Counted from the stretch's first letter, positions 29,148-40,800 are shown. The stretch: 64,000 nucleotides of DNA from Barthelona sp. PCE (GCA_040285745.1 JAUFOR010000002.1:1736001-1800000), one strand, 5' to 3'. A program made the numbers and translations. Notes: a model not told the origin generated them from the letters alone.

Positions 29148-31670
29148 ATGTTTTTCAAACACTTTATAGGTCTGCAGAAGAAAGGCTTCAGGCTTTTGCG
29201 CCGCAATGTCGCAATGCTTGCAGTCCAAATTCTTATTCCAATTGGTTTCATTGCTCTTATGATTCTGCTCGATTCTATCGTTATGTCTTCAGATAATTCT
29301 GGTAGATTCAAAGAATTACCGAACCCTATTGCAGAGCCAGTCAACAACATTCCTCTTTGTTACACACATCATGGTGCATGTTATACACTCGCTTATGTTC
29401 CTAATTCAACTTTTGTCAAGTCCATCATTGATGAACTCCGTGTGCTAAACGACCCTGAAATCCCAGCGAACCAAACAATTGGTTTTGCCACCATAACTGA
29501 TTATGATGATTATGTAAGTGCAAACAAAAACACCACACAAGGTGGTTATATTTTTGATTTCGATGAAACAGTAACTGACATAGGTACTCTTACTAACTTT
29601 TCATACACCGTATCACGTAATGCTTCAGCATTCTCATGCGCATTAGGTGATCAATATTGTCAAGTTGATGATGATAGAGATCTGATCAGACCAATGTTCA
29701 TGATGATGGACAAGGCTGCCGCAAAGGTAGCCGGTGGTGATATGGATAATGTAGCATTAAGTATGAGTGATATGCCCCGTCCTCGTGTTTTGAAAGCAGA
29801 TATGATATCCCTCTTTGGTTCGACGTTCATCGGTGCAACACTGTTCCTCACTTCTTTCTTAACATCTATGGTTACTGTCATCAATGATAAACCGCTTAAG
29901 GAAGCTCTTGAACTCAATGGTGCTAATTCTGCTGCTTTATGGATGCAGTACATGTTCCCACAGTGGGTTGGGTCGCTGATCTCTAACACCGTTTTCTGGT
30001 TGGTTGGACGTTATATTGCAAAATTCCCCTTCTTCACCAATGACAGTCAAGGTTCTGTCACTTATGTAACTTTCTTCTTGGCTTCTATCTCTTTAAATGC
30101 CTTTGCGCTATTCCTTTCTTTATTACTATCAAGTCCACGTTCAGCTTCTCTGTTTTCCTTTGGCCTGTTCGTTATGTTCTATTTGTTGGATGCAGTCATT
30201 AACATGGTTGTCTTTCCTAGTGCTCATGTTGACAGTGATTACGCCTTTTATGCAACATTATTCACGTTCCTTCCGCAATCAGTTGTTGATTTAGCGCTCG
30301 ATCAGCTTGCTGACACTGCTACATTTGTTGAAGGACGCGGAATCACATGGGATACACTCAACACTTATCTGGGTGCTAAACCTTATCAAGTTGGTGACTG
30401 TTTACTTCTCATGATCCGTAACACATTTATTTATCTGGCGCTTTTGTGGTATTTCTCACAAATCATTGGTACTGGTATCAAGAAGAAGTGGCATTTCCCC
30501 TTCACATTCTGGATGAGACCTTCTGTCACTACAGTTGATAATATTCGTCTGCAAAGCAATGTTGATGATGATGTGCGTGAAGTGGGTGAGAAAATTTTTG
30601 CATCAACGATCAAAGATCTTGTTGTGGATAATGCAATTGTAACTAAGAATTTAACAAAACGCTTTGGTAACTTTACCGCTGTTGACAATGTTTCAATTCT
30701 CGCAAAGAAGGACACTTGCTTTGGTTTACTTGGTGTCAATGGTGCTGGAAAAACAACTTGTATCAACTGTCTAATCGGCTCTTTGAAAACTTCTGATGGT
30801 GTTTCTTATGTTAACGGTTACAACGTTGCAAAAGATCCTATGAAACTTCGTCGTTCAATAGGAATCTGCCCACAATACGAAATCTTATGGGATCTATTGA
30901 CAGTTGAAGAACATATTGAACTTTTCTGTTATATTCGCGGTATGGATAAGACTAAATTCAATGATGAAGTTGATCGTATCCTTGATTCCGTGTCTCTCCC
31001 TGGTATGGGTAAGAAGCAGGTTGCACTATTAAGCGCCAGTAATCGACGTAAGGTTGCTATTGGTCTCAGTCTTGTCAACTCTCCCAGTATGATTTTCCTT
31101 GATGAACCTACAACAGGTTTAAGTAATTTATCTGCTATATGGAACGTCATCCTTCGTATTAAGGAACAGAAGAATACAACAATCCTTCTTACTTCACATA
31201 ATATGGAAGAAGTTACTTTCCTTGCTGATGAAGTAGCTATTATGGCAAAAGGACAAGTTAGTGCCTTCGGATCTGTACTTCGTCTTCGTACCAAATTTGG
31301 TGGTGGCTATAGTCTGTCTATTACTCTAACTTCTGCTGCTGTTGAAGAACAATTAAAAGCTTATTTAGCGGAATATGTTGAATTTTCTGTTGCAAAATCT
31401 AGCTCAAATACATTACTACTTCAAATCGATAACAAATTTGCAAACAAGCTCCCTGATGCCATTCGTGCTCTTGAAAGTGACCATGCAAAGGAAATGGGTG
31501 TAACAAATGTTTCTTTCAGCCTTTCAACATTGGAAGATGCCTTCTTAAACCTTGCACAGATGTATAACCTGGATATATCAGAAGAAAATGATGAAAAAGA
31601 GGAAAATCAATTAACAGTTCAAGACACACAGAAAAATCTTGAAATTCAATTAGAAGACCCAACCAGCTAA
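29148..31670 (+). CDS. ABCA-subfamily half transporter (TMD-NBD) with canonical Walker motifs and degenerate signature
   Basis: FTAVDNVS, FGLLGVNGAGKTT, IGICPQ, LSASNRRK, IFLDEPTTGLS, LTSHNMEE, LRTKFGGGY, STLEDAFL. Confidence 0.92.
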   Translation: MFFKHFIGLQKKGFRLLRRNVAMLAVQILIPIGFIALMILLDSIVMSSDNSGRFKELPNPIAEPVNNIPLCYTHHGACYTLAYVPNSTFVKSIIDELRVLNDPEIPANQTIGFATITDYDDYVSANKNTTQGGYIFDFDETVTDIGTLTNFSYTVSRNASAFSCALGDQYCQVDDDRDLIRPMFMMMDKAAAKVAGGDMDNVALSMSDMPRPRVLKADMISLFGSTFIGATLFLTSFLTSMVTVINDKPLKEALELNGANSAALWMQYMFPQWVGSLISNTVFWLVGRYIAKFPFFTNDSQGSVTYVTFFLASISLNAFALFLSLLLSSPRSASLFSFGLFVMFYLLDAVINMVVFPSAHVDSDYAFYATLFTFLPQSVVDLALDQLADTATFVEGRGITWDTLNTYLGAKPYQVGDCLLLMIRNTFIYLALLWYFSQIIGTGIKKKWHFPFTFWMRPSVTTVDNIRLQSNVDDDVREVGEKIFASTIKDLVVDNAIVTKNLTKRFGNFTAVDNVSILAKKDTCFGLLGVNGAGKTTCINCLIGSLKTSDGVSYVNGYNVAKDPMKLRRSIGICPQYEILWDLLTVEEHIELFCYIRGMDKTKFNDEVDRILDSVSLPGMGKKQVALLSASNRRKVAIGLSLVNSPSMIFLDEPTTGLSNLSAIWNVILRIKEQKNTTILLTSHNMEEVTFLADEVAIMAKGQVSAFGSVLRLRTKFGGGYSLSITLTSAAVEEQLKAYLAEYVEFSVAKSSSNTLLLQIDNKFANKLPDAIRALESDHAKEMGVTNVSFSLSTLEDAFLNLAQMYNLDISEENDEKEENQLTVQDTQKNLEIQLEDPTS

Positions 31671-31726
31671 CAATTCTTGTGAATAAAATGATAAAATCTA
31701 GTTTATTGATCATATTCGATCCTAAA

Positions 31727-32956
31727 TTAATAAAAATCAAAAGATTGATCACGTTTTGAAGCAACCTTTTTGTATGCCTCTTCAAAATCTTTACGCAACA
31801 CAATATATCTGTTATTTCGAACTGCTAACATACCAGCTTCCTGACAAATACTATGAATATCCGCACCTGTTAACTTTTCAGGACGTTTAACATATGAATC
31901 AAGATCGATATCTGCTGATAAATTCATTTTTTGTGAACAAACCTGGAAAATAAGACGCTTCTGTCTACGATCAGGGAGAGGGAATTCTATCTTTCTATCA
32001 AGTCTTCCAGGACGTAAAATTGCAGGATCAAGTATTTCAGGACGATTAGTGGCCATGATAACCTTAACATCAGTATTCTTCACGAAACCATCCATTTGAT
32101 TTAAAAGCTCAATAAGGATACGTTGCACCTCACGGTCGGCACCAGCACTGGAGTCGAAACGTTTGGAAGCAATAGCATCGCATTCGTCAATAAAGACAAT
32201 ACAAGGCTGATTCTCTCGTGCAAGCTTAAAAACATCACGGACCATACGTGCACCCTCACCTAAATATTTCTTCACAAACTCTGAGCCAACAACACGAATA
32301 AATGAAGCCTCAGTGTGATGTGCTACAGCCTGGGCCAACATTGTCTTGCCACAACCAGGAGGACCAAACAGTAGAACACCACGTGGAGGATCAATGCCAA
32401 TCTGTTCATACAGGCCGCTGTGCGTCAGAGGCAGCTCCACAGATTCTCTGACTTCCTGCTTCTGCGTATCAAGCCCACCAATGTCTGCGTATGAAATCTT
32501 GGGACGATCCTGCAGTAATCTAACCTGTGTACCAGTCTCGTTGGGCAACACACGAACAATTGAGTGTGCAACCTTGTGCATAGCGACCGAACAAGTTGGT
32601 GTGAGCTTCTCGCGATCTAGAGTTGACAAAACACGGACCATTTCGTGACCGTCACCTGATCCACCGTGCGAAATAATCGCGTGCTGGTCATCAACCATCT
32701 CGAAATATTGTCCAATAGACAGAGGTACAGCCTTAATTCTGTCAACCTCTTGTGTTGCTCGGAACAACTCTCTTCTCAGTGCTAACTCCTCGTTTTTAAC
32801 GTAGTTGATCTGAATCTTATAGAAATCAAGCTCTCTCTCCAGCTTTTTGACTCTTAAGAAAAGATCTTTCTCAATAACTTCTTCAATATGGATTTCCTCT
32901 TCCTTAGTGGCTTCCTCTTCCTCTTTGGGCCTGAAATCAATTCCAATAGCCTCCAT
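31727..32956 (-). CDS. RPT3: 26S proteasome AAA-ATPase subunit 6B (Rpt3/PSMC4)
   Basis: ATG at 32956 gives MEAIGI (cf. MEEIGI); [86 protein letters not shown]. Confidence 0.96.
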   Translation of the reverse strand: MEAIGIDFRPKEEEEATKEEEIHIEEVIEKDLFLRVKKLERELDFYKIQINYVKNEELALRRELFRATQEVDRIKAVPLSIGQYFEMVDDQHAIISHGGSGDGHEMVRVLSTLDREKLTPTCSVAMHKVAHSIVRVLPNETGTQVRLLQDRPKISYADIGGLDTQKQEVRESVELPLTHSGLYEQIGIDPPRGVLLFGPPGCGKTMLAQAVAHHTEASFIRVVGSEFVKKYLGEGARMVRDVFKLARENQPCIVFIDECDAIASKRFDSSAGADREVQRILIELLNQMDGFVKNTDVKVIMATNRPEILDPAILRPGRLDRKIEFPLPDRRQKRLIFQVCSQKMNLSADIDLDSYVKRPEKLTGADIHSICQEAGMLAVRNNRYIVLRKDFEEAYKKVASKRDQSFDFY

Positions 32957-33224
32957 AAATACTTCTGTAGACAAAAAAGGTAATGATAATGTATAACACT
33001 GTAATGAATAACATCATATGGTGCAATGGGGGGCACTATGCAGCTTATCCATACCAAACGAACTGAAAACTCAAAATCCCTCTGATAAATACATTTACTA
33101 GAAAGTATGGATTACAAATTGTTATTTTAATTGATGATATGGGTTGCTGAATGCGCTGCATTAAATAATTTGCTTGAGAGGTACATACAAATGAAAATTT
33201 TTCGTTTTTGTAAACTTTACTTTT

Positions 33225-33968
33225 ATGCCACCTAATAAAGGCAGAAAACCTAATCGTGAGTTAACAGGGCTCTTTCAGGTGCTGAAACATCAGTCCTATG
33301 AAGGAAATAGTGTTTTGGAAGGCGTTCCAATGCATACCACCAGCATGAAGGTTGCAGACTATTTTAACATGAAACCATGCACATACTTCTCTGCCCCGAT
33401 AGATAAAGCCCAGGAATTAGCAACACAAGTTTATCAACAATCTGAAGGCAGGGCACTAGCTGTGAAAAACTCATTTTCAAATGATTTTTTACTTTCTAAG
33501 ACATCTAAGCCTCAAAATGAGGGTAAGAAGGAAGCTTTTTTGAACAGTTCAATGTTTCAGCAATTTATGGAAGACCAAAATGCAGAACTTGAACCACTTA
33601 CGACAGAAGAGCTCCAACATATGGTTAAAAGAGAGCAAGAGAGGGCTGCTTTATCAGACGTACTGCCTGGAATGATAAAGGGAATATTAGAATCTATTGA
33701 TGCAAAAGAAGAATCTAAACGCTTGAAGAATAAGCGCAAAAGACAAAGAAGAAAGAAACGGAAGCGCGAGAAGGCAAAGGCTGAACAAGAGAAAAAGGGA
33801 GGTAAGAAAGGTAACAAAAGTAACAAGAATAGTAGTAAGGCAGGTAAAGGTAGTAATGATGTTGCTATTGGAGCTCCTGTTGTTGGAACTAGTGAGAAGA
33901 AGCCGAAGAAACGCCGCAATCGTAACAGAAGAAATAAGAAAAAGAAGCAGAACTCAAACAATACTTAA
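33225..33968 (+). CDS. Hypothetical protein with K/R-rich C-terminus (probably nuclear/nucleolar)
   Basis: 247-aa ORF with two long basic clusters (KRKRQRRKKRKREK, KKRRNRNRRNKKKK); no recognised domain. Confidence 0.6.
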   Translation: MPPNKGRKPNRELTGLFQVLKHQSYEGNSVLEGVPMHTTSMKVADYFNMKPCTYFSAPIDKAQELATQVYQQSEGRALAVKNSFSNDFLLSKTSKPQNEGKKEAFLNSSMFQQFMEDQNAELEPLTTEELQHMVKREQERAALSDVLPGMIKGILESIDAKEESKRLKNKRKRQRRKKRKREKAKAEQEKKGGKKGNKSNKNSSKAGKGSNDVAIGAPVVGTSEKKPKKRRNRNRRNKKKKQNSNNT

Positions 33969-34065
33969 ATTTCCTGTCTTTTTTACCTCAACATACCTTG
34001 ATTTGCATTTACGATTAGATAGCACAACATACACCTGTTATATTTACTCAGAACCATGACCGAAT

Positions 34066-35919
34066 CTATATCTTCAATAAATCCTCATCAAGCAAGTCTT
34101 CATCAAGCAAATCCTCGTCCAAGTCGCTTGAAGAACTTATGTCATCATCACTTTTGATTGCCGTGTCAACCAAGTACTCTTCCTCCTCCTCTTCGCTTGA
34201 AGCAGACATGTAATCAAAATCTTTCTCTTCTTTAAACATATTAATTTCCGAAGGATCAACCTGCTGCTTTAAATTAGAAGTGCTGTTGGTTTTCGAGAGG
34301 AAAGAGGTCCTAGACAGTGAAGAACGTAATTTCTTCTCTCCTTTAGGATGATTCTTACGGTAATTGATCCAGTACTTTTCAATTACTTTAATTGCCTTTG
34401 ACATCTTTTCTTTCTCACGCTTCTCCTTCTTCTGTTTCCGCTCCAACTCAAATTGACGCTGGAATTCTAGCTCTTTCTCCTTCTCATTGGACTCATTTAT
34501 GAAAGAAAGTCCGCCACTACCATTTGCACTTGGCAAAGTAGATGATGAAGTAGGCAAACGTGACGTCACAGCCAGAGATTGACGTCTTCCACTCATAACC
34601 TTCTCCGATTGCTGACTCCTTGCACTACCCAATGCAGATGACGTTGCATTCTGGGTCTTGAGATTATACACTTCCATTCTCAAGTTCTGGTTCTCCTTTT
34701 TCAGCTCTTGGACAACCTCTTTGATAACTTTCTTTTCTGTTTTTACCTTTTCAAGGTTATTCTTCGCATGACGAAGAGCATTATCACTCTCTTGAACAGA
34801 TTGCAAAAGGGTTGCACGATCATTCTCCAACTGAACGACCTCATTCTTCATAGCCTTATTCCTAGTCTCAAATGTATCCTTCTCCAACTGAGTCCTATTG
34901 AGCTCTTTTCTCATCTCTGAAATTTCACTTTCCATTCGTTGAATAGACTTCTTCTGTCCCTTGATAACGTTACGATGGCTCGTTACTTGTCCGGAAAGAT
35001 CTTCAACCTCCTTCTGGCTCTTATAAAACCGTTCCATGGACATACGCCGTTGTTTCTGATCATTAAAAACTTGAATCTGCTGCTCCTGAACACTGCATCT
35101 CTTCTCCAAAATGTCAAGCTTCCCTTTCAACGTGGCAATATTATCCCTCAACGAATTGCTCTCGTGTCTTTCCTTCCTCAGCAATCCTTTAATCTTGTTC
35201 AATTTCTCATCACTGTTCACAGTTGGGATTTCCAGAGTATCTGGGTTGATACCCTTGGATCTCAGCCTATCTTTAAGCTCGTGCATGTGTAGTTCCACAC
35301 CATCTCTCTCAACACGAACCGCATCGAGTTGATGTTCAAGCGTGGTTATAATAGACTGCTGATCACTGTTACCCAACATCAGCACCTTCTCATCGCTCTT
35401 CTTCAGCTTCTCTCGCAAATCATATACCTGATCTTTAAGGTTACCAATCAAAGAACGCTCTGAACGCATTTGATGAAAATGTGGAGATGAAGAACCTGCA
35501 GAGTTCAACAACTGATCAATTTGCCTGTTTCTGCGTGCCACATCGCTCTCTAAGCGATGTATTTTAGTTTTAGAAAGCTTTAATTCCGTTTCAAGCTGTG
35601 ATTTTCCTTTCTTAAGCTGTTGTACTTTAAAATACAAATCTTCTGCATCATGATGCATATTTTTTGGCACCCGTCGCTTTTTCTTACGCTTAGAACTTGA
35701 TCCTAGTATTGAATTCACTAGTTCTGGATCTAAAACATGTAAATCTGGTGGAAGGTTCGAATACCCGTGTGATTTCCTGGCTCTGTGTGTTGACCGAGCA
35801 GATGTTCTGTGCGAGCTCATTGGTCTATGAGAGTATGATGACGATGGGCGAGAACTAAGCTCTGAATAGTCATTGTAGCTGCTGTTGTACCTAGGCGTGC
35901 TATCAACGGCAATGCTCAT
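34066..35919 (-). CDS. IQCE-like coiled-coil protein with IQ-like motif (ciliary base)
   Basis: AEDLYFKVQQLKK...KTKIHRLESDVARRNRQIDQLL parallels IQCE (EDMYDEIIELKK...RTKLRRLEEENSRKDRQIEQLL); AIKVIEKYWINYRK IQ-like motif; acidic tail. Confidence 0.65.
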   Translation of the reverse strand: MSIAVDSTPRYNSSYNDYSELSSRPSSSYSHRPMSSHRTSARSTHRARKSHGYSNLPPDLHVLDPELVNSILGSSSKRKKKRRVPKNMHHDAEDLYFKVQQLKKGKSQLETELKLSKTKIHRLESDVARRNRQIDQLLNSAGSSSPHFHQMRSERSLIGNLKDQVYDLREKLKKSDEKVLMLGNSDQQSIITTLEHQLDAVRVERDGVELHMHELKDRLRSKGINPDTLEIPTVNSDEKLNKIKGLLRKERHESNSLRDNIATLKGKLDILEKRCSVQEQQIQVFNDQKQRRMSMERFYKSQKEVEDLSGQVTSHRNVIKGQKKSIQRMESEISEMRKELNRTQLEKDTFETRNKAMKNEVVQLENDRATLLQSVQESDNALRHAKNNLEKVKTEKKVIKEVVQELKKENQNLRMEVYNLKTQNATSSALGSARSQQSEKVMSGRRQSLAVTSRLPTSSSTLPSANGSGGLSFINESNEKEKELEFQRQFELERKQKKEKREKEKMSKAIKVIEKYWINYRKNHPKGEKKLRSSLSRTSFLSKTNSTSNLKQQVDPSEINMFKEEKDFDYMSASSEEEEEEYLVDTAIKSDDDISSSSDLDEDLLDEDLLDEDLLKI

Positions 35920-36360
35920 GTCCCCGAATTAATGCAAACAAAAACACACTGTAAGAAAAGGAGAAATTTGTTTAAACATTGTATAGCTCTTTAAATCATA
36001 GATCTGTGGTGTATTTGCTATTTTAGTCATTTTTAGAGCCCATTTAAAAGCTTAAAACTAACAGAACCATCACCTTGTTCAAAAGAGAAAAATGTCTTTT
36101 GCTTCAGCTTTCGCAGTTTTTAGTGGAGCTCATGTGAAAGAATCAAAGTTAAAGACTGTTTTGCTTTAAACTAGATCTGTTCCACCAAACAAATGAACGA
36201 TTTCAAATTCCTCGCTTTTGCACCAACTATTGAAGTTTTTACATGCGTGATATGGATAAATATTTATAGACTATCGTGTTTATGTCTTCAAATAGTTGAA
36301 CAATTTTTTGAATTTAAACGTTATAGTTTTTATCCACCCTATCTGAAAGTAGCAACACAA

Positions 36361-37764
36361 ATGCCCTGTAGTTGTTCTCAGAACTGCACGTGCTCGTGCC
36401 ATCAAGCACCAGCTGTAGCTCCCCAACCTAAGCCACAAGTTCCTTTTAACTCTACAACTTCTGCTCATGACAACTTCCCAGCATATCCCTCCGATATATA
36501 CAAGGCTGCTCTGAGCCCTCATAGAACTCGTCAACCTCGTTCTCATACAAACGACGATAGATCTTTCGAAACAAGTTCACGAACAGCTTATCGTCCAAGT
36601 CCCGTTTCAAAGAGACAAACTGTACAACCTGTTGCTGTTGAAACACGTAAATCTCTTCCATTCACGGCACACACCTCAAAACAGGATGACTTTCCTGTAT
36701 ACGATTCATCTGCTTATAAAGCTGCACTTTCACCATCACGTGAACGTGTTCCTAGGAAGGCAAGAGAGGATAACAGATCTTTTGGATCAACAACACGTGA
36801 TACCTACAAGCAGCACAAGGTTCAACAAAATCAAATCAAGCCCGTTCAACCAAGATCTGCTAAAAGTATTCCATTCACAGCACACACAAGTAAGCAGGAT
36901 GAATTCCCAATGTATTCTACTGATACATACAAGCAAGCTCTTTCTTCACCCAGACAGAATAAGAAACCCAGAACAATTAATGATGATCGTGCTTTTGAAA
37001 CAACAACTCGCGCATCACATAAGAAGCATGATGTTCAGCCTCAAAACAATCGCGCTAAGCCAGTTCCAGTCAACGTTAGACGAAGCATTCCTTTCAATGC
37101 TACAACTAGCAAACAAGATGAGTATAAACAGTATGATACTGAAACATATAAACAGGCACTGAGTCCGCCTAGACAACGCACAGAACGTCGTAGACCGGAT
37201 GATACTAGAGATTTCCACTCAACAAACAGAGACAATTATCAACCTATCTCTGCTGATAAATTCACAAAACGATCCAAGGTCGTTGCACCTAATGTCAAGA
37301 AATCAGTTCCTTTCAAGGCAACAACAAGCAAACAAGATGAATATCAAAAGTATGGAAGCGATATCTATAAACAAGCTCTCAGTCCACCCAGACAACGTAC
37401 AGATCGTCGTAGAACAGAGGATAACAGAGATTTCCATTCCACAAATAGAGATAATTATAAGCCAGTCTCCCCAGATAATTTTACAAAACGCGCCAAGGTG
37501 GTTGCACCAGTTGCCAAAAATTCAGTACCCTTCAAAGCCACTACCAGCAAGCATGATGATTTCCCTACATATTCAGAGAGCGTTTACAAGGATGCACTCA
37601 CACCTGTCCGTACACGTAAGCCCAGAGAAAGGAAGCCTGACAATCGTTCATTTGATACTGATAACAGAGCAGAGTACCATTCGTACGAAAAGTGTTACTG
37701 TTGTTCATGTGGCTACGGTAAGTGTCCTCATGTTAAAATGGTTCCCAGCCCACGTCGTTACTAA
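36361..37764 (+). CDS. SAXO/STOP-like microtubule-stabilising repeat protein
   Basis: Start MPCSCSQNCTCSCH at 36361; six 71-73-aa units, each with two Mn-like motifs (PFxxTTSKQDxF/Y and FxTTxRxxY); Cys clusters at both ends. Confidence 0.7.
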   Translation: MPCSCSQNCTCSCHQAPAVAPQPKPQVPFNSTTSAHDNFPAYPSDIYKAALSPHRTRQPRSHTNDDRSFETSSRTAYRPSPVSKRQTVQPVAVETRKSLPFTAHTSKQDDFPVYDSSAYKAALSPSRERVPRKAREDNRSFGSTTRDTYKQHKVQQNQIKPVQPRSAKSIPFTAHTSKQDEFPMYSTDTYKQALSSPRQNKKPRTINDDRAFETTTRASHKKHDVQPQNNRAKPVPVNVRRSIPFNATTSKQDEYKQYDTETYKQALSPPRQRTERRRPDDTRDFHSTNRDNYQPISADKFTKRSKVVAPNVKKSVPFKATTSKQDEYQKYGSDIYKQALSPPRQRTDRRRTEDNRDFHSTNRDNYKPVSPDNFTKRAKVVAPVAKNSVPFKATTSKHDDFPTYSESVYKDALTPVRTRKPRERKPDNRSFDTDNRAEYHSYEKCYCCSCGYGKCPHVKMVPSPRRY

Positions 37765-37852
37765 ACATTAGCACAATTACTGATGCTTTAGACATCATGT
37801 AAATTCTATTTATATCCTTATTTGTTTACTTATATTTATGAATACAATAAGA

Positions 37853-40800
37853 CTAAACCCCAATATTAGCATGAGAAACTCTCAATAACTTGGCAAGATC
37901 ACGGGCAGATTGTACAGCGTTCCTGTTGAAATTTGGTAAATTTTCCACAAGATAGTTTCGAACACAAAAGGGACGAATAGCATAGACCAAATCATCTGCA
38001 CATAATACACAATTATCAGTTGGATTTGTATAAACATACCCCATTAGACCGCTCGACTTACGTTGCCTGAATAGTCCCATACAAATGATACCTCTATTCA
38101 ATATCATCCACTCAAACATTTCCTTAAAAGTCTTGTCATGGAAATTCTTTGGGGTTTTAAACTGCGTTAATTGTCGTGGGATTTCGTCTCCATAAAACCC
38201 CAGCAGAGTTTCAAAAACTGCAATGATCGGGCTTACAAAGTATCTGCTAGCCAACATAATATCTGCTGACGTGAAAGCTGAAATGGATCCAGCTGAAAAA
38301 ACCTCGCTAAGGAAGAAATCGCCCTCATGACACGGTGGAATAATGTTACAGTTTGAGGCGACAACAACTTGCATCACAATACGGTCAGTTATGTTACCGT
38401 TACATGCCTGTGTAGCTGAAAGAAATCTACTTATTGCACGAGAGTCTTGCAAGAGGTACTCTTCAACCTGTGTAGAAAACCCAATTTGTGTATCACTTAC
38501 CAAAGCACTTCGCCTCATATTAGCCACTCGTTTCTGCGCACTCTTATCGGAAAGAATCAAAACTCGGCGTGCAGTATCGATATCAATGGATTTATAAGTG
38601 TGCTGACCAATGAACGTGCAGTGACGAAAATGTACCTTACCAATTTCCTCCATCAACACAGATTCATGGAAGTGTTCTGGGTCAATATCTGTCGTCAATA
38701 CAACGATTGACAACCGTTTGTAGACAGATCTGATTCGCTTAATGAGCAAAACAACCTCGTCCAATGAATCACCAACTATAATAATGTGATTGTGAAATGT
38801 TGTCCTCCTTCGCTCTGGTTCAGGAGATGTTGGTGATTTGAATAGGTCAAATACGTTCTCAGCCGTGCTAGTGATACCTATACTCCTTATCTCCTCAGTT
38901 GAAGCAATGCTATCCACAATGGGCTTTGTGATGATACGTTCAAATACCTCACCGTTAACTGATGATGGCGACTGTATATTTGCGATTGATTCATATGTCG
39001 GCTCAAACGCCAACTCACAATTCTCAATGTCAAGATTCAAAAAAAGATTGAAAACATTAACTGATTGATGTGCCACAACAATGAGTGCATCTTTTGGCCT
39101 CATTCTGTACAGCAGTGGGTTGATCAAAACTTTCTCGGTTGATACAACCTGTACTCCAAACACAATTATGTTCAGTTTCCGTCTAATATTCGCCGTAAGT
39201 GTTGCAAACGCGTGACCAATGAAACTAGGTGGAATCGGAACACTGATTACGTTGCAGTTGAGGCCATATGTGTACTCAATATCTCGCTTCAACGGAGGTT
39301 CAGAGACACCAGCTCCAACAGCCAGTACATCAATATCTAGACGAGGGACTTGTGCACGATCACTATCCACGTTCTTTAGAGCTGGTGGCATAACGTATGC
39401 TCTAAAAAGGTTGGTGATAAATGCTGGTAAGCCAATCATTCTGGAACACATTGCCATCAAATTAAGCGACAGTGGTTGCAGTGGTAGCACCTCGCTTACG
39501 CCGGCAAACCTCAATATATGAACCGTTCTCTGTAGATGGCACTCTGCGATGACAGGTACATCTTTGTTCAGCCTTCGAATAGCCAGTGCCCTCAGTACAA
39601 CACGTGCATCCTCATCAATGGCCGAAATGGGCTGCTTCTCAGCCAACACAAAGACTGCCTTAACCTCTTTGATACGAGCTCTTCTCAGATCATTCGGGGA
39701 AACCGCTGATCCCCTGAGGATTTCCACTTTCTCTCGGTACATCCTTGAAGTTAGGAAATCTGTGAGCTGTGTATCCGGTTTATATGTGCTTAATACAATG
39801 ATTTTTGGTCTGCTAAAGTCATGAAGCTGCTTTTTCTGCGCATAAAACTGTGAAACGAACTCCATGACACTGTACGATGTTACTGCTCCAGTCAGCAATA
39901 CCAGTTCTTCAGAGTGAGCAAGTTTTGCTTCACCCAAAAACTCTCTTCGTTGCTGTGCAATCTTCCCGAATCGCCTAATAACGATGGGAATAAGAGATAC
40001 ACCTGAAATAATCGTGAAAATCACAACAGCACGACCACCCGAAGTTTCAGGACTGATATCACCGAAACCCACTGTAGAAACCATTACGCTCAGGAAATAT
40101 AGCCCAGAGAAAAAGTTCAAATGATCATTCATGACTGTATCAATGGTTTTGATTTCAAATATGAGATACAACCCTACTGAAAGAATAGCAAAAGTCACAA
40201 CCATCAACAAAGGTAATATCAATGGAGTATATACACCAACCCTCATTAGATGCAAACGATAATGACCTGTCAGTCGGAGAATTCTTCCTATTCTAAAAAA
40301 GAAAAAGCATGTAATATTTTCAGGTGATCCAAAAAATCTAAAAAAAGTTGGTACAATGGATGCTATATCAATTAAGTTGGATGGATTGGTGAAAAAATCA
40401 ATGAATCCATTTGCTATAATCATTTCAAAAACTAGTTCTAAACAGAAAAAAATTGCAAATGCCAATTCAAGTGCCAAAACCCATCTAGGAAGATCAATAT
40501 AGAATGTAGAACATATATAATACACTATTCCAAATAGATTTATACTTATCAAAACCAAATCAAGCTTGAAATTAGTTCGAACCCGATACCATTCATATAA
40601 ACGTTCCCTCATCGAGCTTGCATCAGTTCTTTTAAACACTGATCCTGTATCCTCCACATCATATTCACCCTCTCTCAGCTCAAGGAATGGATTTGCAAAG
40701 TTCTGATTTGGATGAATGGTTCTAATAGCATCAATTTCGATAGATGTACGATTAAGTTCCAGCTGCCGAAGCATTTGTGGTGTCATGGAACGCCCTTCTT

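Noticed and set aside
36193-36360. 56-aa N-terminal extension of the SAXO-like ORF given by the ORF track
   Set aside because: AT-rich, promoter-like sequence; the Cys-motif start at 36361 fits the family better.
36442-37700. ~219-bp periodic repeats considered as CRISPR or satellite
   Set aside because: They are in-frame protein repeats with synonymous divergence, with no constant repeat/unique spacer structure and no cas genes.
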